From Octopus sinensis (Eukaryota), in contig NW_021833735.1 in NCBI RefSeq assembly GCF_006345805.1, positions 3,399-67,398 on the forward strand: DNA of 64,000 nt, read 5' to 3'. Of this stretch, positions 14,560 to 26,444 are shown piece after piece. Positions within the stretch are counted from its first letter, which is position 1. Each line of letters begins with the position of its first letter. The notes under the pieces were generated by a model. That model was not told the origin of the DNA, ran no database searches, and saw nothing but the letters and a program-made list of their open reading frames with translations. The position numbers and the translations under genes are program-made.

Positions 14560-14960
14560 CGCCACAAATTGTAGTGGTTTTGAGCAAGTCTAAGGCACGC
14601 AGGGAGAAGGTTTGGTGTCTTTCCCAGCCGCGCCTTGCACATAGTAATCCATTGAATTACAATCCAGATCTTGGGGCTGGTGACCTTGTAGAAATTCTAC
14701 GACAACCGCTTCTGACGCTTTTCAGCGGTATGGCAAGGATTCGAATCCTGCTGCAACGCATATGGCCTTCCAGCAGCAACCGTCTCCAGCCAGGAACTGA
14801 CCAGCATCCAGCAGCTTCGTTTGGCTGTAAGGATTGACCTTAAGGCCCTTCTGTGCAAAGATATGGGAACGTAACCCGGCGTTCGGACGCAGAATACTTT
14901 CTGTATTCTTTACTGCTGGCCACGGCGTCATAGTCTTACTTACAGATGTCCATGTCACGT
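14560..14960 (-). mobile_element. Degenerate Tc1/mariner transposase remnant, maT-like (DD37D)
   Basis: Minus-strand frames join to HIFAQKGLKVN...SWLETVAAGRPYALQQDSNPCHTAEKRQKRLS*NFYKVTSPKIW / DCNSMDYYVQGAAGKDT; about 37 residues between 2nd and 3rd catalytic D; stop and frameshifts. Confidence 0.75.
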
Positions 14961-16015
14961 CTTACAGCATTTACGGTGTTCAGAGAGCATCGAACTGCAC
15001 TCATGATGCCGCCATTTTCAGACCCAGCGTGACATTTATATGTGGGGAAATAATAATATAAAAATACTCTTTCACAGAATAAAAGTTTACAGTTTATCTG
15101 AAAATGCATTGGTATACGTATGCAGATGGTAAGTTTGACACATATATAAAAAGGGAAAAGTACAAAAAGCAAAAAAGGATCACATTACACTTGTGATAAC
15201 CTACTCATGTTTTCTAGTCTCTGGTTCTCCCTGTCTTACACTAAAGTTGCGAGATTTGGACACGTCCGGAGACTTTAGGGGCGGCCGGCATTCTTTTAGT
15301 ACGAGGACGATACGCAGGATTATAAGCTGACATTAATCAGATTTTGTATTCAACTAACGATTATACTTGATGCGTCTTGTTACTTAGATGATTCAGGGGA
15401 GTTGGGTTTCACTGTCTGGTCATGTTTACCCCCAATATCGAGTTCGATCCCTCGTGCCACGCTTTCTTCTGTGAGGATTCAGCTGGGAAGACGGCTCGTG
15501 TTACGTGGCCACATTCTGCTTGCAGAATTGGCTGGGATGACCCCGAGCAGATTTTGACAGTTGGTGAATGCAGCGACGCACTGCGACAGCTCATGCCCAC
15601 ATACCTCACCTGAGAATTTACTCCGAACCGTTTCTATAGAAAAAAGTTTCAGCGGATATAGTTTTGTGTGTAGCTGCTAAAATGGTCTTTGAAGAACAAG
15701 GAAAATGTCCTGTTTAAATAACAGAGGATACCCTTTTTATTATTTACCTTACACACACACACACACATTCATACGTGTATATGTGTATTAATGTTTATTT
15801 TTAATGTTCAGCTACAATAAAAACAATTTTATATTAGTTAGGGGGTTACTTTATATTTCTGCAGAGTACAAGTTATTCTTAAACAAGAATAATCGTTGCC
15901 ATTGACTTTGAAGTTCCAGTCAATTAAGCCATTATCCGGCGATGGCTTTATATATATGTATGTATATATATGTATATATGTATATATATATATATATATA
16001 TAGATATATATATAT

Positions 16016-16048
<33 letters not shown>

Positions 16049-16176
16049 AATATATATATATACACACACACACATATATGCATATATATATATAATTATA
16101 CATATATATATATATATATATATACATACATATACATATATATATATATATAATATATATATATATATGTATATAT

Positions 16177-16208
<32 letters not shown>

Positions 16209-16244
16209 AAATACATGCATATATATATATGTATATTATATATG

Positions 16245-16950
16245 TCAGGCTGCGTAAAAAGTAAGTAACGTTTTGAAACATCAGATTCATCATAATATAT
16301 TTCAACACTGCGGAAATTTTATTCACCAAAGTAAGTACCATTAAAATCAAAACCTTTTCCCCAACGAGTTACCAGTTTGTTTATTCCGGTAAGATAAATG
16401 TCTGGAGTTCTGGAGCTGATGAACTCTTTCGACGCACTTTCGGCATTGGTTTGATTTTTGAACTCCTTCTCTCGCAGGAAACCATCAAAGTACTCGAAAA
16501 AGTGGTAGTCGGTAGGAAAAAGGTCTGAGGATTAAGCTGGAGGGAGAAGAACACCGTAGCCATGTTCCCTCAACTTCTGGAGCGATTTGTGAAGCGTGTG
16601 TTCGAGAATTGTCATGAAGAATGATTGGCCCTCTTCTGTTGGCCAGCCTGGGAAGGAGGAGAAGCAGTTTTTCGTTCATTTCGGCAATTTCATGGCAATA
16701 TGTTTCTGCAGTAATGATTTTTTCCGGTTTTTAAGAAGTTATAGTGGAGGAGTACAGCTGTACACAACCAAACGGACGCCATAACCTTCCTTTAGAAGAG
16801 CTCGGGTTTAGGGAATCTTTCGGGATCTTTCGTCACTATTAGGCATCTTTCGTTGCTATTCGCGATCTCATTCATGACAAACACTCTTGAAATTCAGAGC
16901 AAATACAAAAACGAAATAACGCATATTTATCGCAAATGAGAGATTTTGTT
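16245..16950 (-). mobile_element. Internally deleted mariner (DD34D) element
   Basis: Minus strand: GPIILHDNSRTH...SDLFPTDYHFFRVL / DGFLREKEFKNQTNAESASKEFISSRTPDIYLTGINKLVTRWGKGFDFNGTYFGE*; left boundary abuts (TA)n; 5' end not clearly found. Confidence 0.8.
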
Positions 16951-17599
16951 TTATCCTATTATTAAGTAATTAACTGTTTGACCTTTGAAAATTAGTATTC
17001 ATTTCATCATTTTGCTTAAGCACATAGAAGCTTGCCGTATAATTTTGTACGTATGCAATACTTCCTCATGTAACCCATGGTAGCAGAAATATATTCCTAA
17101 AGTTACTCGTCATTTGGCAGGAAAAACTCTGTTGGATCAATCTCGATGCTTTTCTAGGCATTCTCAGTGAGGTGATGTAAAATGATTTTAAACGGGAATC
17201 GAAACCGGGTCGCATTTTGTGCCCTGCCTCACTAATAGCAACTCAGATGTCCGCCATTATTGCAGTGATAGAAATCTATTTTTAAAAAGAATCGATAAAT
17301 AGCAAATATAAAATAAGAAATAATAATTGCTCATAACAATTAATAGTACATATTAATTAATTATCATTAAAAATAATTGAATAGTAATTGCAGGTAATAA
17401 TGATTATCAAGATTAATTAAAATAATTAATAATAGTAATAAAAAGTAACAAATAATTAACATTAATTAAAAAACAAAAAAGGCATTAGCTGGAACAAAGA
17501 CTAGTAATTACAATAATAGACACAAACAACAATAATTATAATTAACAACAGCTAAAATAACAACGACATGGATATATTGACAATGTTATAAATTTAGCT

Positions 17600-17950
17600 A
17601 GGCACACGGCCAAATTTTACTAAATACACGGTCGGTTTCACCAACAATACGGTCCTTTTCGCTAATTTCGTTGCTAATTTTGACTAACTACACGGCCAGT
17701 TTCACCAACGGTCACTTTGAATACAGGACTAGTTTTGACAAAGCAGACTGTCAGTTTCAGTATACGGTCACTTGGAATACATGTCAATTTCGATTAGCCA
17801 TAAGGTCAGTTTCGATACGCGGCCAATTGTCACTAGCTACACGGTTACTATTGTCTAATCACACGGCTATTTTGTCTAATTACGAGGCCTGTTGGAGTAC
17901 CCCACCAATTCTTACAAACTTTGCGGCCATTTGGCCAAGGTACACACCCG
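17600..17950. repeat. Degenerate minisatellite, about 20-30 bp units with core tacacggtcagtttc
   Basis: Recurrent acacggcc/acacggtc/atacggtc followed by aatttc/agtttc, more than 10 times. Confidence 0.65.
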
Positions 17951-18115
17951 TTTGAATACATGACACATAGTTTGACTTAAGGTAGTGTATCCCACCCATT
18001 CATACACAGATATAATGATGAAATATGCAGAAATGGAAACGAAAAACCACTTAGAAAGATATATGTAGGGCCAAAATGGTTGGAAGATATTAATGGGAAC
18101 ATTCCTTTCAATTAT

Positions 18116-18613
18116 ATATTGGGATCTTTTCCTTTTGAACGGCACATGTCAACACAATTTCTAGCTAACTAAACACTTTAAAGCTTCGTTTACTGGTAGA
18201 ATGTGTCAAAATAAAACATTTTTTCTCTTGGCTTTCTTGATCAAATTGTAATTCGTTTGTTTAACGTAGTTTAATTTTTCGAATTTTAACCAATCAATTG
18301 CCTCTAATTGTGCTAAAATCATTTGCTGCGTCTAAAACTGAGACAACATACTGTCACTAACACTAACCCTAACCCTAACATTCACCCTCAGTTTTAGACA
18401 CAGCAAAGGATTTTAGCTCACTAGAGGCGATTCATTGGTTAAAATTTCAAAAAATTAAACTACGTTAAACAAACAAATTATAATTTTTTCAAGAAAGCCA
18501 AGAGAAAAAAATGTGTTATTTTGACAGATTCTACCAGTATACAAAGCTTTAAAGTGTTTAGTTAACTAGAAATTGTGTTGACATGTGCCGTTCAAAAGGA
18601 AAAGATCCGTATA
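18116..18613. mobile_element. Palindromic MITE with about 220-bp TIRs and central (CCCTAA) motif
   Basis: ggatcttttccttttgaacggcacatgtcaacacaatttctag... is mirrored by ...ctagaaattgtgttgacatgtgccgttcaaaaggaaaagatcc; centre ctaaccctaaccctaac at 18363-18379. Confidence 0.9.
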
Positions 18614-18718
18614 TTGTAATAAAGACACAATATTGGCAGTCTCTTTAGTCATGTCTTCGAGACATAGGGAGCCAACATTGGTACTGTCTTTGTGATGAAA
18701 ATATCAGCATTCCTAGAG

Positions 18719-18852
18719 GCAGGCGTGGTTGTGTGTAAGAAGTTTGCTTCCCAACCATGTGGCTCCGAGTTCACTGCCATTGCCTACTACCTTAAGCCGA
18801 CTAACACTTTGTGAAGAAATTTGGTAGACGGAAATTGAAAGAAGGCTATCGC
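18719..18852 (+). mobile_element. SINE family A head, internally deleted
   Basis: gcaggcgtggttgtgtgtaagaagtttgcttcccaaccatg...ttggtagacggaaattgaaagaagg. Confidence 0.75.
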
Positions 18853-19221
18853 GCGCGCGTGTGTGTGTGTGCGCGCACCCAAGATGTCACGCAGTGGGAC
18901 TGAACCTGGAATCATGACGTATAAGCGTTCAGCTTTTGCCGAACGATCTACACAATCGACTTGTTTTTAGGGATCAAGTGTTCGTGTCGCACATTAGCTC
19001 ACTCTCTTCATCAAATCGACGTTTTCTGAATAGGTGCACTGTGTGGCACGCGTCAGGAGTCGGAGTGATCGCGGAACAACGTGGGATGAAGTGTCTTGCT
19101 CAAGAACACAATGCACCACCCAGTCTGCAGAGAAACAGAGATCTGTGTGTACGTATCAATGCTTATATATTTCATTTTACTCAAAATTACAATTTAGTAG
19201 TAGTAGTAGTAGGAGTAGTAT

Positions 19222-19270
<49 letters not shown>

Positions 19271-20094
19271 TGTTGTTGTTGTTGTAGTTATAGTTATTGT
19301 TTGATGAAGAATAGTGTGGTCAACAATAATTGTTGTACTAACAAGTCCAATGGTAGGAAAGGTGACAGTAACAACAGCAACAACAACAGCAACAACAACA
19401 GCAACAACAACAGCAACAACAACAACAACAACATCAGCAGCAACAACAACAACGATTACCCTATTAAGGTTTACAAGACAAAAAGACATCAATTTTTAAC
19501 AAAAGACGCCATCATAAACACTCAGTTACCGATGGCGGAAAGGACAATAAACTGATCAAGGCAACTAGAAGAACAACAACAATAACAAACATAGTACGAT
19601 CACCATCAACAACAACAACAACACTAGCATTATCAACAACTACAACAATAAGAGTTCAAGCCGAAATTATGATATAAGCCAAACAATAGGAAAAACAGTG
19701 ATATGACGGCCTCAGATATATTCTGGAGTGTCTCTCTCATCCCCCTTACATCATCAAATTAAATTCTCGCTAAGTTGGCCCCAGCATCCAGTGTGTTTGT
19801 ATTTGTGGATAATTATAGTTTATAAGGCAACTTTCTACGAATTCTATTCAGTGACATTGTATGTGTCAGGTGCTACATGGATGGCTTTTAACGAGATTTG
19901 TTTACAATTTGCTCTTAGCTTTTCTCCCGCTTATTGACCCCGCTTACACATTTTGTCTCCCGCTCGCTCATCTGTCAATCTGTGCACCTATTTATATTTC
20001 TATCTATCAGTCTATCTCTCTCTCACCCTATCTATCTAACTATCTAGCTATACATACATACCACATACATATATGCATATATATATATATATAT

Positions 20095-20125
<31 letters not shown>

Positions 20126-20350
20126 ATAATATATATATATATATATACATATATATACATATACATATATATACATATGTGTATATATACACATATATAC
20201 ATACATATACATATGTAATTACATATATATATATACATTCGTATATGTGTGCATCTATGTGTTGATATATGTATATATATGTAATCTCACTCTTTGTCTG
20301 TTTCTTTCTCTCTCAATATATAATATATAATATATATTATATATATAAAA

Positions 20351-20522
20351 TTAAAAATGAGGATGTCTAAAAGACACCACATGCCGAAATAGCAGTCCAA
20401 ATACTGACTATAAAACCACGTTAAGTGTTCACATCCGCACGAACACTTAACGTGGTTTTATAGTCAGAATTTCGACTGCTATTTCGGCATGTTGGTGTCT
20501 TTTAGACACCCTCATTTTTAAT
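20351..20522. repeat. Near-perfect hairpin, about 80-bp arms with 10-nt loop
   Basis: ...ctgactataaaaccacgttaagtgttc-acatccgcac-gaacacttaacgtggttttatagtcag... Confidence 0.92.
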
Positions 20523-20642
20523 TGTTAAAAAATTTCTTACCTTTGTACGGTATTTCTTTCATGCTGGCCACTTGATAATTTTGATACCTAAATATCGATA
20601 TTATCCTCATATATAAATAAATATATATATATATATATATAT

Positions 20643-20760
20643 GATAGGCCTCTTTCAGTTTCCGTCTACCAATTCAACTCAAAAGGCTTTCGTTGGCCCG
20701 AGGTTATAGTAGAAGACACTTGCCCAAGGTGCAAGCTTCTTACTGCAGAGCCACTCCACC
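20643..20760 (-). mobile_element. SINE family A head fragment
   Basis: ctttcagtttccgtctacc...gaggttatagtagaagacacttgcccaaggtgc. Confidence 0.8.
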
Positions 20761-21651
20761 GCCTATATATTATATTATGTATGTATACATATATATAATT
20801 ATATATAATATATCTATATATATATATATATATATACAATAGGCATACATATATATATATGTATATATACATATATACATATATGCATATACATATATAT
20901 ATATGAAAGGTTTTGATGTTCTTGTCACCTTGTCTTCGCATAGACGGTTATTGTTGTTGAACGCTTTCCCTTAATATTAGTTTGACATAAAGGAGAATGT
21001 TCTATTAGCAAAAAACTTTACTCCGGTAGTTGCCATGGGAGAAACTCTCACAGTGGCTTTTTGGTGCAAAATGTACTTGTCTTTATATCGCTTGCGGAGA
21101 GATAAATCCACTAGATCACGTCATTTCAACTTTCGTTGGTCTCGTCATTGATGGGCACTAGAACATTAGAGACACCAGCGATTCATCCCCGCCGCCATCG
21201 ATATAAAGGCAGTGTCAGAACAGGCATCGCTGTCCCGATTAACCAGTGAGTTTGTTTAAAAATTTATATTTGCAACAGAGGCAGTATTATATCGGGAGGT
21301 AATATTTAAACTCACTTAAATGTGGGTGTTCATTAGGACATCTTTTACTGCGGTCTCCGTCTTTATGCATTCATCCATGAACTTAGTTGAATCATTAAGT
21401 CAGCAGCTGTTTTGTAGTTCACTTATCATCTACGTAATTATTTTGCGAAGAGACATATCTTTTATATTATTTGCTTATATTTTTTATATATTACATATTT
21501 CATTTTTCCTTCATCATTACCTTACTCTTAGTTTATCTGTAGATTTTTCTTCATGTAACCTTCTTTAAATTAAAGACGGTTAATCCCTCATTAACACTTT
21601 GACTTCATTGATACGAGGGTGCTCATTATACATGCATATATATATACATAT

Positions 21652-23933
21652 TTATATATAATGTAATAATTTGAATTCGCCTTGGATGGTCCCTTTGCAT
21701 ACTGAACACTTGGTGAAATTGATTAATAATTAATTAATTTTGCCCTCAATTGTTGAAATTATAATTAATCTCCCTCTGATTAATGCTTCGGATTTTACCG
21801 AAATAAGCATAGTGTTTGATGATTTTAACCCACGCTGGGGGAAAGGGGAGAACAGAGATTCTTCGCTTGCTTATTTGAATTTGTTGGCACTGTTAGTTGG
21901 AAGCAGATCTTCGAAAGGGTATGTTCTTATTTTCAGTGTTTCCAAATCCAACCAAGAATTTCTGAGCCGATGATAAAAATGTTGTTTTGACTAATCTTGA
22001 AACGTACGTTCTCGAATAACATTAGCATTTGATTTTTCGATGTCCTTACCCCCAAACTTTTGTGAGTTGAATTAAGCAAACACTATATATGAGAGAGATT
22101 TTCTTTAAGTATTAGAAATAGCTTTAAAAAAGTTTTTTAGCTGCTATTTCTAATGAGTTCAGTATGCGCAAAGTAATTTATTTTAAGCCCTTTTAATATT
22201 GTAATAATGTATAATTTGAATTCGCCTTGAATGGTCCCTTTGCATACTGAACACTTGGTGAAATTGATTAATAATTAATTAATTTTGCCCTCAATTGTTG
22301 AAATTATAATTAATCTCCCTCTGATTAATGCTTCGGATTTTACCGAAATAAGCATAGTAGTTGATGATTTTAACCCACGCTGGGGGAAAGGGGAGAACAG
22401 AGATTCTTCGCTTGCTTATTTGAATTTGTTGGCACTGTTAGTTGGAAGCAGATCTTCGAAAGGGTATGTTCTTATTTTCAGTGTTTCCAAATCCAAACCA
22501 AGGAATTTCTGAGCCGATGATAGAAATGTTGTTTTGACTAATCTTGAAACGTACGTTCTCGAATAACCTTAGCATTTGATTTTTCGATGTCCTTACCCCC
22601 AAACTTTTGTGAGTTGAATTAAGCAAACACTATATATGAGAGAGATTTTCTTTAAGTATTAGAAATAGCTTTAAAAAAGTTTTTTAGCTGCTATTTCTAA
22701 TGAGTTCAGTATGCGGCAAGTAATTTATTTTACTAAGCCCTTTTATATAATGTAATAATTTGAATTCGCCTTGAATGGTCCCTTTGCATACTGAACACTT
22801 GGTGAAATTGATTAATAATTAATTAATTTTGCCCTCAATTGTTGAAATTAAATTAATCTCCCTCTGATTAATCTTCGGATTTTACCGAAATAAGCATAGT
22901 GTTTGATGATTTTACCCACGCTGGGGGAAAGGGGAGAACAGAGATTCTTCGCTTGCTTATTTGAATTTGTTGGCACTGTTAGTTGGAAGCAGATCTTCGA
23001 AAGGGTATGTTCTTATTTTCAGTGTTTCCAAATCCAACCAAGGAATTTCTGAGCCGATGATAGAAATGTTGTTTTGACTATCTTGAAACGTACGTTCTCG
23101 AATAACCTTAGCATTTGATTTTTCGATGTCCTTACCCCCAAACTTTTGTGAGTTGAATTAAGCAAACACTATATATGAGAGAGATTTTCTTTAAGTATTA
23201 GAAATAGCTTTAAAAAAGTTTTTTAGCTGCTATTTCTAATGAGTTCAGTATGCGGCAAAGTAATTTATTTTACTAAGCCCTTTTATATAATGTAATAATT
23301 TGAATTCGCCTTGAATGGTCCTTTGCATACTGAACACTTGGTGAAATTGATTAATAATTAATTAATTTTGCCCTCAATTGTTGAAATTATAATTAATCTC
23401 CCTCTGATTAATGCTTCGGATTTTACCGAAATAAGCATAGTGTTGATGATTTTAACCCACGCTGGGGGAAAGGGGAGAACAGAGATTCTTCTTGCTTGCT
23501 TATTTGAATTTGTTGGCACTGTTAGTTGGAAGCAGATCTTCGAAAGGGTATGTTCTTATTTTCAGTGTTTCCAAATCCAAACCAAGGAATTTCTGAGCCG
23601 ATGATAGAAATTTGTTTTGACTAATCTTGAAACGTACGTTCTCGAATAACCTTAGCATTTGATTTTTCGATGTCCTTACCCCCAAACTTTTGTGAGTTGA
23701 ATTAAGCAAACACTATATATGAGAGAGATTTTCTTTAAGTATTAGAAATAGCTTTAAAAAAGTTTTTTAGCTGCTATTTCTAATGAGTTCAGTATGCGGC
23801 AAAGTAATTTATTTTACTAAGCCCTTTTATATAATGTAATAATTTGAATTCGCCTTGAATGGTCCCTTTGCATACTGAACACTTGGTGAAATTGATTAAT
23901 AATTAATTAATTTTGCCCTCAATTGTTGAAATT
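21652..23933 (+). repeat. Tandem array 1: about 545-bp unit x about 4.2, near-identical copies
   Basis: The same ORF start recurs at 21740, 22285, 23368 and 23913 (with an equivalent near 22830); copies differ mainly by 1-bp indels; flanked by (TA)-rich sequence. Confidence 0.97.
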
Positions 23934-24021
23934 ATATATATATACATATATAAACATATATATACATATAAGCATATATATGTAAACATATATATATATA
24001 TAACATACACATATATATATA

Positions 24022-24072
<51 letters not shown>

Positions 24073-24109
24073 CATATATATCTGTGTGTGTGTACATGTA
24101 GAAATAATA

Positions 24110-25167
24110 GAGATTCAGTTGAATTAGGTACTTAAGTTGAAGCACCACGCTATTGCGGTATTTTCCGTACAACTCAAGGTAAGGTGAATAAAATCAAAAG
24201 AAGAAACAAGCTTCTCTGCTTCCCAAAGATACAACAGAAATTCTTCCCGGAAGACAGTTAGAATCTCATACTCTGCTCTCCTTAATATGGGTACCATTTA
24301 TAGTAGGATTAAATAGAAAGAATATTAAATTAGCAAGAGGTAGTAATAATAATAATGTTAATGTCAACACTAATTTAAACCCCTACATTGTGAATAATAT
24401 TAATATTCACAATGTATGGGTTTAAATTTTCTACGTCACCATTATATATAATATTAATTGTGAAGTAGAAAATAGAAACAGCGGTACTACTGCTTCTAAT
24501 ATATACAATATAGGCTGCAGCTCTGGGGTTTATACTAGCTCAGGGACTACTAATACGCCTGATGATACTGGGATGAATGTGAATGATACTACAATTGAAG
24601 GGTGGAGAGATAATACCAGATATGAAAATAACACATACAATAGTAGTAGTAGGATTAATATTAATAGTAATATTAATAATAATAAGGGTATGAATATCAA
24701 TAATATTAATAAGTAGTAATTCGCCTAGTGGCAATTGTAGGGTCAAATCCCACTGTCCGTTATTAGGCCGATGTCTAATACAAAACGTAATCTATAAGTG
24801 TACAATCACAACTGTAGCTGGTAACTTTGTATATATAGGATGTTCAATAAATATGAAAAAATGCATTAATAATCAATTTTCATATTTTAGGCTCAAACGC
24901 AAGGCCAATTGTACGTCCTTATCTGGCAAGATTTGGGAACTGAAGGAAAGCGGAATCGAATTTAGCCTTAAATGGGATATTATAGGGAAAGCTAAGCCTT
25001 ATAGAGATAGTCGGTACGGGTGCGAGTTGTGTTTTATGGAAACGTATGAAAGTTTTAACTATAGGGACAAGAGCAACCTGGTTAATAATAGATTAGACTA
25101 TGCATACATAGTGTCACACGTGCATTTAAACATTTTCGAAATCAACGTTTTTTGGTGCTGCACTTGA
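24110..25167 (+). mobile_element. Penelope-like element ORF 3' remnant (GIY-YIG endonuclease region)
   Basis: 24721-25167 is open in one frame: GNCRVKSHCPLLGRCLIQNVIYKCTITTVAGNFVYIG...NCTSLSGKIWELKESGIEFSLKWDIIGKAKPY...CELCFMET...LVNNR, matching the CNCR..CPL.G.C / VIY..YIG / LS..IW.LK / C.LC pattern of PLE endonucleases; upstream RKTVRISYS..NMG (about 24250-24295) matches the preceding PLE motif; disrupted by stops. Confidence 0.8.
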
Positions 25168-26444
25168 ACCTAGACAGGGGAAATTAATTCTAGTGTCGTA
25201 TATGATGGGAACTTACCCACTAGTATTATATATAAGTTAGATATATTTTCTTACACTTCTTTAGAATTTCTTTAGAATTTCTTATTATTGTGTTTTCTTA
25301 TTTTGATACCTTTACCTATTAACCTCTTATCTCTTGTAAGTTATTAATGCTCTTAAAGGGAAATATAAACTTTCTAGTTACTTAAGTCTAGAAGAGTTGA
25401 TTATAACATACCCAAAATAAAGTACAAATGTTTGTGCATATTTGCATGTGTTCACATAGCTAAATATGTATATGTATCTGTGTACAACTTATTTTCCCGA
25501 TTTTTTTCTGATTCTTACCTTATAACTAATATAAAGATAGCATGATTTATCGCCCCAGTATTCCATAAATAAATACCCAGAGCAATCTTTATAGAAATCA
25601 CCTTATAAGTAAATAATTAAGTACTGGTATGAATTTTAAACTAATTCTATGCAATCTTCCCTTTCTAATGTTGAAAATTGGTATATATACACAGTTTATC
25701 TATTCTGTTTATAATATCATTTTTAGTAATCTTAAATTTTTATCTTCATACAACATAACAATATTGTTTATATACAATCATCCATTGTACCCCACGATAA
25801 TTTCCTCTGTATTAACATCATAGGTTTTATTAGCGTCTTCCTCCTTTAAATGGTAATTAACATCATGATTTATGGTCTTCCACAACCCATCCTCCTTTAT
25901 GGACAGTTACTTATACATTTTCTAAATCATGACAATATGTATTACCATACCCAACTATAAACTGTCAACACACTCCGTCTATCCTTTCTAAACAGCCACT
26001 GTCCTCAAACCTTAGATTAGGTAGTTGATAAAAAAAAGCAAACCACAATCATTTACAAGCTATGACCCTAACAAACTTCATACAGTTCTTAGAAGTGTAG
26101 TATATTCTGAGTCACATTAGTAGCAACATGGACTTTCTCCCTCTTCTTGCTCTATTAGAGACTTTGAGCGAAATTATATTGTGTCCAACTGATTAAAAAA
26201 TTCTCTTTATTTAAGCATTTATTTGCATTTAAATTGATGTAATGATTGCATTGTTCAATTAAATGGAACCGCTTGAAACGATCGTACGGCATCACCTCTT
26301 GATATCCTGTTGCTTATTTTGATTATATATACATACATACATACATATATATATATACATACATACTCACACAGACACACACACACATACACACACACAC
26401 ACACACCACACACATACACAGATATTATATATATATATAATTTG

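Noticed and set aside
15390-15613. ORF MFTPNIEFDPSCHAFFCEDSAG... as a host exon or a second transposase fossil
   Set aside because: No recognisable domain; the minus-strand WP..S resemblance is too weak; no clear splice context.
18363-18379. Interstitial telomere or chromosome fusion scar
   Set aside because: Fewer than three units, located inside a MITE.
21740-23604. Repeated 75-78 aa ORF (MPSIVEIIINLPL...) as a tandem gene family or CRISPR-like array
   Set aside because: TTG start, frame broken differently in each copy and not conserved in array 2; there are no unique spacers and the DNA is eukaryotic.
25560-26090. Possible degenerate APE endonuclease of a LINE on the minus strand
   Set aside because: Only scattered motif-like residues among many stops; cannot be supported without a search.
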